A stretch of 63,313 nucleotides of DNA, filler included, from Klebsormidium nitens (GCA_000708835.1; 7 parts of 7 records of this genome joined end to end with filler, not necessarily neighbours in it); one strand, 5' to 3'; shown: positions 46,546 to 58,642, counted from the whole stretch's first letter. Numbers and translations are program-made. The notes: a model not told the origin generated them from the letters alone.

Positions 46546-48666
46546 CGAGGCACCGAGTAGGATAGGCCGAGGGCCGAGACCCTGTGTGCGCAAGTGCGTG
46601 GGACGGAGCGCTATGCAGAGCGGCTTGCCAATGACTACACCGCAGCGGGCGAGGTCTGGCCTCAGGTGTTGAAGTGGTTTCAGGAGATGATTGTCGCCCC
46701 AGAAGCAACCCAGGCGATAGAAACACCAGTTGACCACCCCCGGCTCGAGCTTTAGGGAGTAAAGGAAAGTTAGAGTGGATTGAATGAAGTTTGGCCGAAG
46801 TCGTTTCAAAGACCAGGTTAGACCCTGCCTTCAAGTGTTATCCTTTAGCCAACAGCGCTAACCAACAATAAAGAGCCATAATTCCATTAAATAGACCGAA
46901 CGATCGACCTAAAAATCGTACTGCGCACCCTGAATCGCGTGAACGATGAGATCTGGTTTATACTTTCCTTGTACATCATGGGCACCGTACGCATGCTAGC
47001 CTCACAAGATTCATGATGCTTTTCCCTTGGCACGAGTTGAAGCGCGGAGAATCGATTGCCCCCGCTTGATTAAGTCCCACAAGTAGTAGGTGGTGCACGC
47101 AAAATGGTGAAAGGTGAAGTGCATGATCTACTGCAAAAACACTTCGCGCCAGTGCATCGTCATGTGTTTTGGATGCCGCTTCTTGCAGCGCGGAGAGCGT
47201 GCACCTTGCGCAAGACTGCGCTAGTGCGCGCGCGCATTATCCAGGCTGTTGCAATTAATGCGAACCTTGATCAGAAAAGAGTCGCATCGGACGGCCGCGG
47301 TTGGCCGGTTCACGTCGTCCAAAACATTGCACTGCAATAAGGAGCTATCCTAGTTGCTGACGGAGGGTCTANNNNNNNNNNNNNNNNNNNNNNNNNNNNN
47401 NNNNNNNNNNNNNNNTTAATTAATTAANNNNNNNNNNNNNNNNNNNNNNNNNNNNNNNNNNNNNNNNNNNNGGGGAGGTGCGGCGTTCGCCCAATGAGTT
47501 GCAGGTCAGACATTTTGCATTCATACTGTGATTGCATTGCTGTCATCCCCATAGGAGGGACGTCGTGTGAAGCAGCTGCAATTAGTGGCTCATAGTAGGG
47601 ATCCAGCATTCTGACATTGAGCAGTGGATTGCGAGGTGAGCGCTGCATTCATCTGCACAGCTGTCGGAGCACTTTGCAAAGCTCGCCACTAATCTGCATT
47701 GGGGCTGCAGAATGATTGATCCTTCTCATCACAAAATGCGCTGATAAATGAGTTGAGTCCCCCATTTGCTTCAATTGGTAGCAGAATTGAGCTTCTTCAA
47801 TTCACTTTGTGCTAGTTCCAATGGGGCGGTCACCGGCGTTTGCAATGGGCCCTTCATGGAATGAGCTGCAAACTTGAAGTGGTATGGGGATGGACTCCAG
47901 CCATGACACTGGTTGTAGTTGAAGGCTCTCCAGAGTTGTCTTGCGCGACGAATTGAGAGGGGCGCTGTATAAGGCTTTGAATAAGCCCGCTGGATACATT
48001 CAAGGGGCCACGTGGGGGAATCCCTGCTCGCTGATGTCAGGGGGGGCTTGCTTGCTCCCAATTCTCAATTCTCAATTCTCAATTGCCAATTGCACCACAA
48101 AAAGTCTGCAACATCATCCCCTTTGGCCCAGGTCCTATGACACTCGTTGCTCTCCTTACCCTCTTGCTGAAGTCATCTTACTCTTGCTGAATCGAGCCTG
48201 GGCCGTTGTCTAATCTCTTGCCGCACACCCTGACAAGATTCATTCCTTGGCAGCAACTTGGTGTCTCTGTTCAAGACCCATTGCTCGCACCCCCTCGCCT
48301 CCCCCCTCGGGCAGTTGATTGAGCGTACAAACTTATGCGCCTTTCCTCTCACCGATGTCAGCATGGGGCTGCTCTCGATCCTGCACGCCAATACCTTTCG
48401 CTCAATCAAGCCGACCTATGTACTCTTTCCTGACGCAGCGCAGTCAAACACCGATTCCTTCAGAAACCCCCCTCCGTCCCGTTGATTGAGAGACGGACCT
48501 CACGCGCCTTCGCTGACATCAGCATGGGCCTGCTCTCGACCCTGCTACTGCACCCGAACGAGTCCGCACTCATCTCACTCCTTCTTTTGGCCCAGGTCCT
48601 TCAACCTTCCTCATTGTCAGACTCCCCCACTTCCAGTGACGTCTCTCAGCGCCCTCTGACGTCAGC

Positions 48667-51600
48667 ATGGGCCTCCTTTCGACCCTGCTGCTGCACCCCG
48701 ATGAGATCGGCAGCATGCTGCGGGTGCGTCAGCTGGTGGAGAGGGCGAAGCGGCTGCCGCAGGATCCTGACCTCGCCTTCTGCTATGACATGCTGAACCG
48801 TGTCAGCCGCAGCTTTGCTGTCGTGATCCAACAACTAGGGCCGGAGCTCCGCGATGCGGTGAGAGACAACGGCTCAGACAGGGGGAGTCTCATTCTCATT
48901 CTCTCTGGGATGAGGGCTTTGCTTTTACAGTTTCAGGTGGTCGTCCCCCCCTTTTTTGTCTTGAGTACCTACAAGGGTTGGGAATGAGCTCTTTTGTCTT
49001 GAGTCAGCCTTTCGACTGGCCACGCGAGGAGGACGGCTGGAAACTAAAGCAAACAGACTCTGTTGCCCCAGGCGTTGGCAGGCCTGATAAGCTAACTTCC
49101 AAATTTTGCTAAAAAGAAACATCAGCCACTGTTCGAAGCCTCATCTTCTCTCTTCCCCTAAAGCCTGTCTGCGATTTTTGGTCGGCTGCAGTGGTAAACT
49201 TTGAAGCAGTCGCTCCAAGCTCGATCCGAGGGTGCCTCCTTCTAAACTTTTTCCATCTTCTGGTGCAGATCTGCTTGTTTTACCTCGTGTTGCGCGGCCT
49301 CGATACTGTTGGTGAGCCCAATCTTCCTCCCAGATTGTGCTCAAACCGCTCTCCACGACTTGCTTCTTCCTCGGCCCTTTCATTCTTCCTCATCATTTCA
49401 ATCGTCCGACTTTTTGTCCGTTGAGGAACCCTTTTAGCCTCCGCTCTCAAGTTTGAGGCTTTTAGATTCAAATCTACTGATACCGGAAGTTTATTCGAAA
49501 CCTACGGAAAGGTCGGACGTTCCGCCTTCCTCCGGAAACTGTGCCTGGCAGACGAATCGTCGCGATTGATTATCTGTGTATGTCGTCTCCTGCAGAGGAT
49601 TCGATGGATATTCCGGTAGTCACGAAGCTGCCAATCCTCCTCAGCTTTCACAAGACCATGTACGACCCCACCTGGACCTTTCCATGTGAGCGGAGCATTT
49701 GCTTTCCCATCATCTCGTTCCGCCTCCATTTGTCCGATCGAACGTTTGTAGCAGCAAGGACTGAGTACTCTTCCTACGTACTGCTCGTGTCTTTCTGTTA
49801 TTTCGAACGACGAAGCATTGAACCTTCCAATCACCCCTGGACGCGTTGAATCGGTGTCGCACAGATGACGAAGTGTTACGGGGTCAGCATTCCTTGACAA
49901 GTTGTGAAGCTCGTCGCCTCGCGACTACAGGATGAAAGAAACGGAGTCTGGAGCTGAGACCGATATTGAGACGAAAGTTGACACGAGCATGGAACGCATT
50001 CGAAAGAAAGAGTAAAAACGGAAAGTGAAACCGGTTGCCTCCCTGCAGGCGGAGAGAACCATTACAAGAGGTTGATGGACAACTACCCATGCGTGACGCG
50101 AGCATTCCTGCGACTAAACAAACAGTGAGCCCTCCAACGAGCATGCTTTGACGAACGGCTGAAAAGGCCGATAAAAGTAATCTTGAATGGCCGGTACGTC
50201 CTCTGAATTACATCCGTTTTGTGCACGAAGCTCGGGAGTGTGGTTTCGACATTAGTAGTGACAGAACGGATGGATTGAGAACATGGACTTCCGAAGGTTT
50301 CCCTGGGACTCCCCTCGATTATAACCCCGCACCTTTGACGCGCGCGGCCGCGGTAACTGAAGTGGCGTCACGGGCCGGTACGTGACTCAGAGTCACGGCC
50401 TGACCGGACCGGGACTCAGCGCGGCAGCCAGGCTCAGACTCGGAGCTCAGCATTCAACTCAAGTCTGGACTGCATGTTGAAGGTAGGTACGGTACCTACC
50501 GTAGTTTCAAGATACCGTACAGTATAGGTAAGAGCTTGCCGCGAAGTCCGCGCGCGGAACGCCGATCGCGGGGGGGGTAATAATCGAGGGGGGTCCCAGG
50601 GACACCTTCGGAAGTCCATGTTCTCCATCCATCCGTTCTGACAACCGGGGTGTAACTAGTCCGTTGAATGGCAGTTAATGATTCTCAACTGCTTCCCTCC
50701 GCTTCCTTGCAGTCTCTGCGTGTCCCAAGCACACATCCTCTGCTCTTTCGCTGAGGCCCCTCTCGTCTGATAGGAAGAGTCCTCAACGAGGTGCCCGAAG
50801 CTGATTTTGAGAGCGCCAAACTCTGTGCTGCGAATCTTCAAAAATTTCTTACAAAGAGCTTCTGTTGCTGCTTTTGAGGCAGCTTCTACCACGGCCAATA
50901 CAAGACTATTCCAAGTGCAAGCAGCGAACGATCCCTCTGCATGACTGACAGGTACCAAGAGGTCATCGCTGACATCACCCGGCGGATGGGCGCAGGCATG
51001 GCAAAGTATATCGAAAAGGAGGTAAGCGTCATAAGGGATGCGTAATGTTTGCGCCGTGCTCTATTGGCACTCTTCCAAATCTTCCCCGAGCTTTGCAACC
51101 TTCTGGATAGACTGACGCGCTTCCTGGCCTCGCGTAGGGTCATTCGAACAGTTTTGGGAGGCACCTCGTGTACCAGGAAGCAATTCCGTTGCCAAGTCTC
51201 GGTCGTCACGTCTGTGTGCTGCCGACTCGAAAACTTTGCAACGCTTTCTCCTTCCAATATGGCTTGACCGCCATCTTTTAAAAAGCTACTGATATGGTTG
51301 TTGAGCAGTCGGGGCTCACTGTGATCTTCCGAAAGGCACTGACAACGTGACGCCGCACGTTGCTCCCCAGGTCGTTATGCGCGAACAAGTCGACGAGTAT
51401 TGTCACTACGTAGCGGGCCTGGTCGGGCTGGGCCTCTCGTGCCTTTCCGACTCTGTCTGTCTTGCGAAAGCTTCTGGCAACGTAACGCTCATCCTTGTTT
51501 CCCTTACGTCGTTACGCGCGCCAACTTCGACGAGTACTGCCACTACATCGCAGGGCTGGTCGGGCTGCCTTCAACGCAACCGTCTAAGCGCTTCTCAAAA

Positions 51601-54600
51601 TGTAACGCTCTTCACTTAACAGTGCCCAGGTCGTTACACCCTCCAACTTCGACGAGTACTGCCATTACGTCGCGGGCCTGGTCGGCTTGAGCCTCTCGGG
51701 GCTGTTCGAGCAGTCGGATCTCACCGCAATCTCCGAAATGCTGCTGGGAATGTAACGCTCCCCCTTGTGATCCTCAGGTCGTTACGCGCGCCGACTTCGA
51801 CGAGTACTGCCATTACGTCGCGGGCTTGGTCGGATTAGGGCTTTCGGGGCTGTTTGAGCAGTCGGGGCTCGAGGAACGCGCGCCCGACGAACTGTCCAAC
51901 TCGATGGGGCTGTTTCTACAAAAGACCAACATCGTGCGAGACTATCTGGAAGACATTAACGAGGAGCCGGCGCCGCGCATGTTCTGGCCGCGGGACGTGT
52001 GGTCTAAGTACGGGGAGAAACTAGAGGTGGGCGAATTTGATCTGTCTTCTTAGACTATCACGATCGCGTGTGTTTGCACTGGGACGTGTGGTCCAAGTAC
52101 GGGGAGAAAGTGGATATGGGCGGGCTTGACTCGTCGTTCCAAAAAACAGCAGCGCATGTTCTGGCCGCAGGACGTGTGGTTCAAGCAGGGAGAGAAACAA
52201 GAGGTGGGCGCCGCGCATGTTCAGGTTGCAGGACGTTTGATCTAGTATGGGAAGAAACTAGGGGTGGGGCGGATAGATTCACAGGGAGTCTTGGTCACAA
52301 TGCTGGATGAAAGATCAAGTAGCCGGTCTACAGTTTGGTCAGACTCTGTCTGTTTCCTCGGTTTCGCTTTTCCAATCAGCGTTCTTTGACGTTTCTTCTG
52401 TTTTCCATCTTTGGACTACGCGCACTTCTTGAAGCAGAGCGCAAGCGAATGTTGTCTACTCGACATCCGGCCCTTATCAAGCTGCATAGCTGATTCGCTT
52501 TTCCCTGTTGTGCCCATTTGGCATCTTCAAAGGGTCGCCACAAGCGCTGCTGAGCAGCGGTGCAGTTAGCAAGCTCACTGTGCGTTGTTACTCGAACTTT
52601 CGAGACCGTTCTGTCTGAAGTATACCGAGGTCGCCAGCCCTTGTTGGTTTGGGACATCATTGTAAACGAGGGTGCGGAAGGTGCATAATCTGAGAGTTAG
52701 GGTCTTCCGCGACTTTTTTTGAAGAGCTCCATTCGTTTAACCTCTCGAGAGCGATGCAAAGTGCAAAAAACGTACTTCACCAGTCAATCTGCCTTCCTGA
52801 CAAAGCTCTTTTCTTCCCGCATTCCAGGAGTTCCGAGAGCCGGCCCACCGCGAGGCTGCGGTGCACTGCGCCAACGACCTCATCACCGAAACCCTGCGGC
52901 ACGTGCCTCACTCCCTCCGGTACATGGCGGCGCTGAGGGATCCCCTCGTCTTCGGCTTCTGCGCCATCCCTCAGGTCCGCATCTCTCCTGGACCGTCTGA
53001 GCTGGGTCAAGAATCAACCCTTTTTGGCAGAATTTTTTTGGCGGACCCTTTCTGGCAGACCCTCAGAACCAGCTTTGTTCGGACCGATGAATGTCAGCGG
53101 ACGTCTGAGGAAACCCTGGTCGTATATGATGGTCCAAGCTAGTCCGGCTGGCAGTTCAACCGTTTGGGTCTGTACAAGTTTGAGCCAAGGGGTTCCGTGG
53201 GGATTGGCTGGAGTTAGCGTTGTCCCGCAAGCCGTTCTGTTTGGCTAGTCGCACTTGCTACGTCGGCCGCATGCGGACGTCTTCAATGTTTTGAGCTTCG
53301 AGCCTACTTCTCGTTTTCTTCCGCGGTTGTCCTTTCGAGCCGGCAGAAAGGCGTTTACCAACACTGCTGTCTTCACCGCGGTGGTCAAGCCGAGCCGCAG
53401 CTCAATCGTGTACGCCCTGCAAGGATTTTCTGAGCCGACCCCTGAAGTTTGCAATCTGCGCTCTCAAAAAAGTCGGACGTTGGCACGCTTGCACTGTGCT
53501 ACATTATTCCCGCCGTCTTCTTGAGTATGGCTGAGCCGATTGTCAGCTCGCTTTCCCGACTCTCGGCTCGACATTCAACTAATATTTTTATTGTTAATCT
53601 CCTCTTCCTGTGCAGATAGTGGCGATCGGCACCCTCGCTCTGTGCTACAACAACGCGGCCGCCTGCCATTCAGGCTAATCATCAATTCATTTTCTCACAC
53701 CCAGGCTCTTTGGGTACAAATTTTCATGTCTTCTCGATTTTTGCAGATTATGGCGATTGGCACCCTCGCGCTGTGCTACAACAACCCCGCCGTCTTCACG
53801 GGCGTGGTCAAGCTGCGGCGCGGCCTGAGCGCCAAGGTCATGGACCGCACCAAGACCATGGAGCACGTCTACCGGGACTTCCTCAACTGGACACGTGTCA
53901 TCAAGCGAAAGGTGCGCGGGCAAACGAAAGCTGGGTTGTGGGCAGGCACACGGGAGTGCATGTCTCGGCAAGTGGTTTCGGGCTGTCGATATGCAATTCG
54001 GTTTCGGGATTCGGTCCCAGTTTTGGATCTCCGGCTTCGTTGGTATTTTGAGTGTATGCAATTCACCGCCCGCCAACGATGGAAAAGGACACCTGGACAA
54101 ATTTTAGTCTGCCTCGTTGAGAATTTTGATTTTCTCAAGCGGGCTGCCTTCTTGTGTTCTGATGCAGTCTCAACTTCACCTGCGATTGGAGTTAAGCAAT
54201 CGTCGCAATGAAAACCCGTGCGGATGCGCAAGCTCCTACGAGCTTTTCGCTTTTCGCTTTCCGCTGGCGTCACTGCTGGCGGCGAAGAACCTTGCTGACG
54301 TCGCCTTGGGCTTGCCGCAGGTCACCAAGACGGACCCAAACGCCGAGGCGACGATAAAGCGCTGCGAGAAAATTGAGAAGCTGTGTTTAGACGGGTTGGC
54401 GCCCTATCAGAGGTTAGACTCAACAGCTGACGACTTCAAGCGCGTAGATAAGAGTACAAACCTTGCAGGAAAGAGGAGCGAGACCTGCCTGATAGCTCAT
54501 TCGGCGTCTTTGCAATCCCTGTCAATGTATCATCTCTGTTGCTTCCCGTCTCTTCGCCGCCTGTGTTCTTCTCTGGTTGTGTCGAACCTGTGGCCCATTC

Positions 54601-56049
54601 CGATCCTGCCCCTTCGGTCTTGGTGTCACTTTGCAAAGCTCTGCAGCATACCCACCCGCAGCGTATTAGAAGTTTACTTAATCGCAGTGGGTTCGAAGCA
54701 GCTTCTTCTTCAAGCGCGGTGAAGGTGTCAGTTCCCGTCACCGCTTTGTGAAGCAGCTAACAAGCTGAGGAATACGGGACCTCAGTTCGAAGTTGTTCCA
54801 ACCCGGCGGTACCTGAAACCGTCGAGATTCAAGATTCAACGGACCTGTGCAAAGCACTGCTGCTGTTTATGCCACCTGCCTGAAACCTTACCATTGCCTT
54901 TCTTACTTTGCAGGAGCCAACTACCGGCCATTCTTTTGAAACTGGTGAGTCAAGTCCTCTGCTCTCCTTTTGCTTGTTATCTGCCGTCCGCCACTTTGTC
55001 GTTGTGTCCAATCCGCCAGCACAAGCATTGCACTATCGCTACGGGCACTACGTCGGGCATCCACACACAGCTCCTCTTGTCGGAACGAGCAGACTAAGAT
55101 TGGACCGTTCTTGCGGACACAATCGCAAACTGGTAACCAGGTGTGCAAGCGGCGCGTCTCTGAATTGATTGAAATGACTGCGCCGTATCGACGGAGCTAA
55201 TCTCAATTCCGAAAAGAGGTTGCTTGGCGTCTTATAGCAGCATACAAGACGCGCGCTCAGGATTTGAGAGGCTTTGCGGAAGCAGAGCAAGTGCTTCCAG
55301 GCCGAGCTCGAATTACTCTCCTTGCTCGATTGCAATCGTGTCCTTATTGAACCAACTGCTTTCACCCAAAGCTCTGCTGTTTATCTGGCATTCTCAAAGC
55401 CTTTTATCAGAGGCGTTCTCGAAAGCGTTGAAATGAGAAGTTTGTTTCTTGTTGTTCACGGACCGTTCCTCGATGCAGTTCATCATTCTTCTGCTTGCGG
55501 TCGTCGGATTCCGACTGAGCGCGACGGGGCTGCACTGGGAGGGCCTCGGCCTCGCGCTGTCGTTGGACGCCGAGACTGTCCGAAATGTGAGCACCCGTCA
55601 CTCCGTCCGTCTTCTTTCCGGAAGTTTCGCTTCGAATGCGTCATGTAGGAAGAGAGTGAGCTGAAAGAAGCGAGCTGAAAGCTGCTTGGCAACTTTCATC
55701 CAAAGAAGCGAGCAGAAAGATGCGCACCGTGTTCGTCGCCTCGATGTCAAAATCTTGATGAAGACGGTTTCAGGTGTGGGCTTCTACCGGTCAAGAAGCC
55801 ACGTAAAAGGCCCTCTGCTTCAATGTGCTGATCACATTATCTAGTTCCATGGGGATCTAAAGCCGTCCTGCCATCTTCCTGTCCATGAACTCGATGAGCT
55901 GAAAGTATGCTCCGAGAAGCTCCGTGATCGTCCAGCTTTCTGGGCCTGGTCTTTTCCAGGAGGACTGAAGATCATTCACTCCGCTAATGCAGGTTGTTGC
56001 CCTGCTCCTCATTGCGATTGGGAGCCTATTCGTTCTAGGGATTGTTTAA
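48667..56049 (+). CDS. SQS: Squalene synthase, 12 exons, 439 aa. Exons 48667-48858, 49269-49311, 49596-49685, 50049-50124, 50952-51021, 51778-52026, 52828-52974, 53747-53911, 54321-54412, 54914-54944, 55479-55586, 55993-56049
   Basis: Phase-consistent GT-AG model of 1320 nt. Motifs [51 protein letters not shown] and VKLRRG are present, with a hydrophobic C-terminal anchor. The last three exons are less certain. Confidence 0.93.
50262..50640. mobile_element. 379-bp MITE-like element with 60-bp terminal inverted repeats in SQS intron 4
   Basis: 50262-50321 versus the reverse complement of 50581-50640 shows 3 mismatches. The ends are CAG...CTG. No clear target-site duplication. Confidence 0.75.
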
Positions 56050-56857
56050 ACTCGGGCAAGAGTGGTTCAGTGAGGAGTAGAGGCTGCGGAGGGTTTCCTG
56101 GCTTGCATTGGCTCACTGTTACGGCAGGTGCCATGCTCTGCCGCATGGTGCGAATGGTCAGGAGTCTTGTCGACTCCAAGGCTTTACTGGTGCTTAGATA
56201 CATTTTAGCACCAGAGTTTGTAGCCGAGTATCAAAGCAAACTTGATTACCGGGAAGCGTGCAGACGCATGTCCAGACTGGGACGGGCGTGACTCTCAATT
56301 GTCATATGGAACTGTTTTCGGACCTTCTCATTGCGGGTACGCTCACGCGAACGTTCCAAGTCAAGTGTGACGCTAAATGCACGTGCATGTCCGCCATGCG
56401 GGTGTGCGCCAGGTGCTGCGCTGACCGATTCAAATAGGCCATGCGCATGAGAGAAATGCAGAGCATGCCCGCATGTTATCGTTTCATTCGACGTACATCA
56501 CGTCATGGTATAGGCTGTACGTGCAGCCGCATTGCGACTCATGCGCTGGCCGCCTAGCATCATCATAGTTTGTGTAGTTCGATCCCCGCATGAGCGAATT
56601 ATATATGAGACCTCTAGTACCCGAACTATCCTTCGGTTCCATTATAGCTTGTTTAAAAATTGAAAGCACTGTAACATGTAATTGTAGGCCGCGTCAACGT
56701 CAAACTAGCCATGCCTCCGGCATATGTTGCTGTCAAGAGCTTTAGATATTAATCCAANNNNNNNNNNNNNNNNNNNNNNNNNNNNNNNNNNNNNNNNNNN
56801 NTTAATTAATTAANNNNNNNNNNNNNNNNNNNNNNNNNNNNNNNNNNNNNNNNNNNN

Positions 56858-57973
56858 TCAGAAGGTGACAGCGGGCTCGAACTCAAGAATTTGGAAACGG
56901 AGGAGACTTACGGGAAGGTCAAACCTGAGGAGCTGTCGATAGGGGTAAGGAGCCGCAACGAAGGGGATCCCCTGATCGGGCTGCTGAGAGAGAATGGGCT
57001 GGAGTGGGAACCTTTTCTCAAACTTCTCGGGCGTTCTCCTGAAGTTCGAGACAGGTCGGAGCGGTATGTAACTCCTGAAGGCGGAACGCATGAATTTTCC
57101 CCCAGGGAGAGAATGCCAGCAGTTTACAAGTCGCCCTACGAGGGGTTCGATGCGGCTGGGCGCCAGAGGGATCCCTTCGGTCAATACAGAGAAGAAGGAG
57201 CAAGGGGTTTCGATTTTCGTGAACCGAGTCGTGAGAGGGAAGCGCCGACTGACAGACCGGGACTCTTCCAGTGGGCAGCTAGACCGGATGAAGGAGAACC
57301 GGGGGAAAGGAGCAGGCCGAGGGGAAGAACGCCTCTGGAGTTCGAAGAAATGCCGGGAGGCCCACCTGGCTTCGGTAGAGTGAGGGAAGAAGAAGCTCAG
57401 CGGAGCTATTGCCAGCAGCCGTCTTTGGAGCGTCCATTCCGTCAAGGTTTCGCCAGTCAGCCAGATCAGCAGTTTGCAGCAAACCCGTATCTGGGTGGAT
57501 TCAGAATCCTAGAAAATGCGCAGCCGGCAGCAGCTCATCCCAATCCGTCAGACTTTCAATCTCGTCTCGCGCATCTGGAAGAGCAAGTCAGAGCAAACAC
57601 AGATAAGGCAGCAATGGAGTCAGAGCTTAGACGCCATGCGACGGCGATAGATCCGTTCAAGAAGCGAGGCCTCTTTGCACAGCACGAGATGTTCTCGGCC
57701 ATCTATGCAGCTCCAACGGCTCACAAAGGAACGCTAGCGCTAGCTGATGACATGGGGGTTTTCCTCAAGAATAGATGCATCAAGCTGAACTACATGGCAG
57801 AAGATATTCACACTTTTGCCCAGCAGAAGGTCAGAGAGCTAGGCGAGAACCCAACGGCAGCTCAGGTGGCCGCGGTCGAGAAAGAAGTCCTGCGCTGCTT
57901 CCAAGAGAAGAAGGTCAAGGCCGAAGAAGTGCTGGCTAAACATCCGGAGTGGCTCAGAGAAGAAAACAGGTAA
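56858..57973 (+). CDS. Putative gag-like ORF1 of the YR element (frame open from the gap edge)
   Basis: Long ORF upstream of pol, with a disordered N-half and a helical C-half. The assignment is positional. Confidence 0.55.
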   Translation, partial: SEGDSGLELKNLETEETYGKVKPEELSIGVRSRNEGDPLIGLLRENGLEWEPFLKLLGRSPEVRDRSERYVTPEGGTHEFSPRERMPAVYKSPYEGFDAAGRQRDPFGQYREEGARGFDFREPSREREAPTDRPGLFQWAARPDEGEPGERSRPRGRTPLEFEEMPGGPPGFGRVREEEAQRSYCQQPSLERPFRQGFASQPDQQFAANPYLGGFRILENAQPAAAHPNPSDFQSRLAHLEEQVRANTDKAAMESELRRHATAIDPFKKRGLFAQHEMFSAIYAAPTAHKGTLALADDMGVFLKNRCIKLNYMAEDIHTFAQQKVRELGENPTAAQVAAVEKEVLRCFQEKKVKAEEVLAKHPEWLREENR

Positions 57974-58642
57974 ATAACCGCGAACGGAAGCTCGTTTTGA
58001 AAGCATTTAGTCGAAAAGGTGTGGGATCCGGAAAGCTGTGATAGGATCGACAGATGAAACATCAGACTTGCAAGACTTGGTTCGCTACGATGCGACGAAA
58101 TGCCGATCGACCAATCGGATTCTTTAAGCTTGTCCACCTTGGACTCGCGAAACTTGAGCCTTTCAAGTTTCACCGATCTGAACACTGAATGCTCTAGCAA
58201 CCTTTGCAGAGCTGCGCGTTTCCAGTTTGAGAAATCAAAAACCTTTGAAGAAACTAGGAGTACTCAGGAACGTGGAACTGAGAAGAATCACGGTTCGAGA
58301 ATCGAGAGTTTTTGGAGTTACGACCTCAGACTCAAAAGTTTTTTGTTATGCATATCTACAGGGGGCAATACTTTGCGCCACCGCCTCCTCCGGCCTACCA
58401 CAACCAGAACCCGGGGCAATGGCCAGCTGGCAGAGGGCGTCCTCCGTACGCTAGAGGAGCTGGTGGAGGGATCCCCCAGAACGTCGGGCCAGGACCGCGT
58501 AACAGAGAGTGAGCGGCAGAAGAAAATTCGGATGTCGGCGATAGTGAGGCAATTTAGAAGGGTGTTAGAAAAGGGGTTAAGGTTTCGAGAACGTGTATAG
58601 TCAGCAGACTTGTGGTATATGGTAGTTTGAGTAGATAAGGTT

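Noticed and set aside
45475-46809. 444-aa minus-strand ORF
   Set aside because: It spans an N gap and is the antisense shadow of the Sel1 repeats. ORFs across 2152-2545 were rejected for the same gap reason.
48059-48093. CAATTCT heptamer repeat upstream of SQS
   Set aside because: It is an ordinary short microsatellite.
51371-51777. SQS echoes as mutually exclusive cassette exons
   Set aside because: None has a donor at a position that would rejoin the remainder of exon 6. Read-through hits stops.
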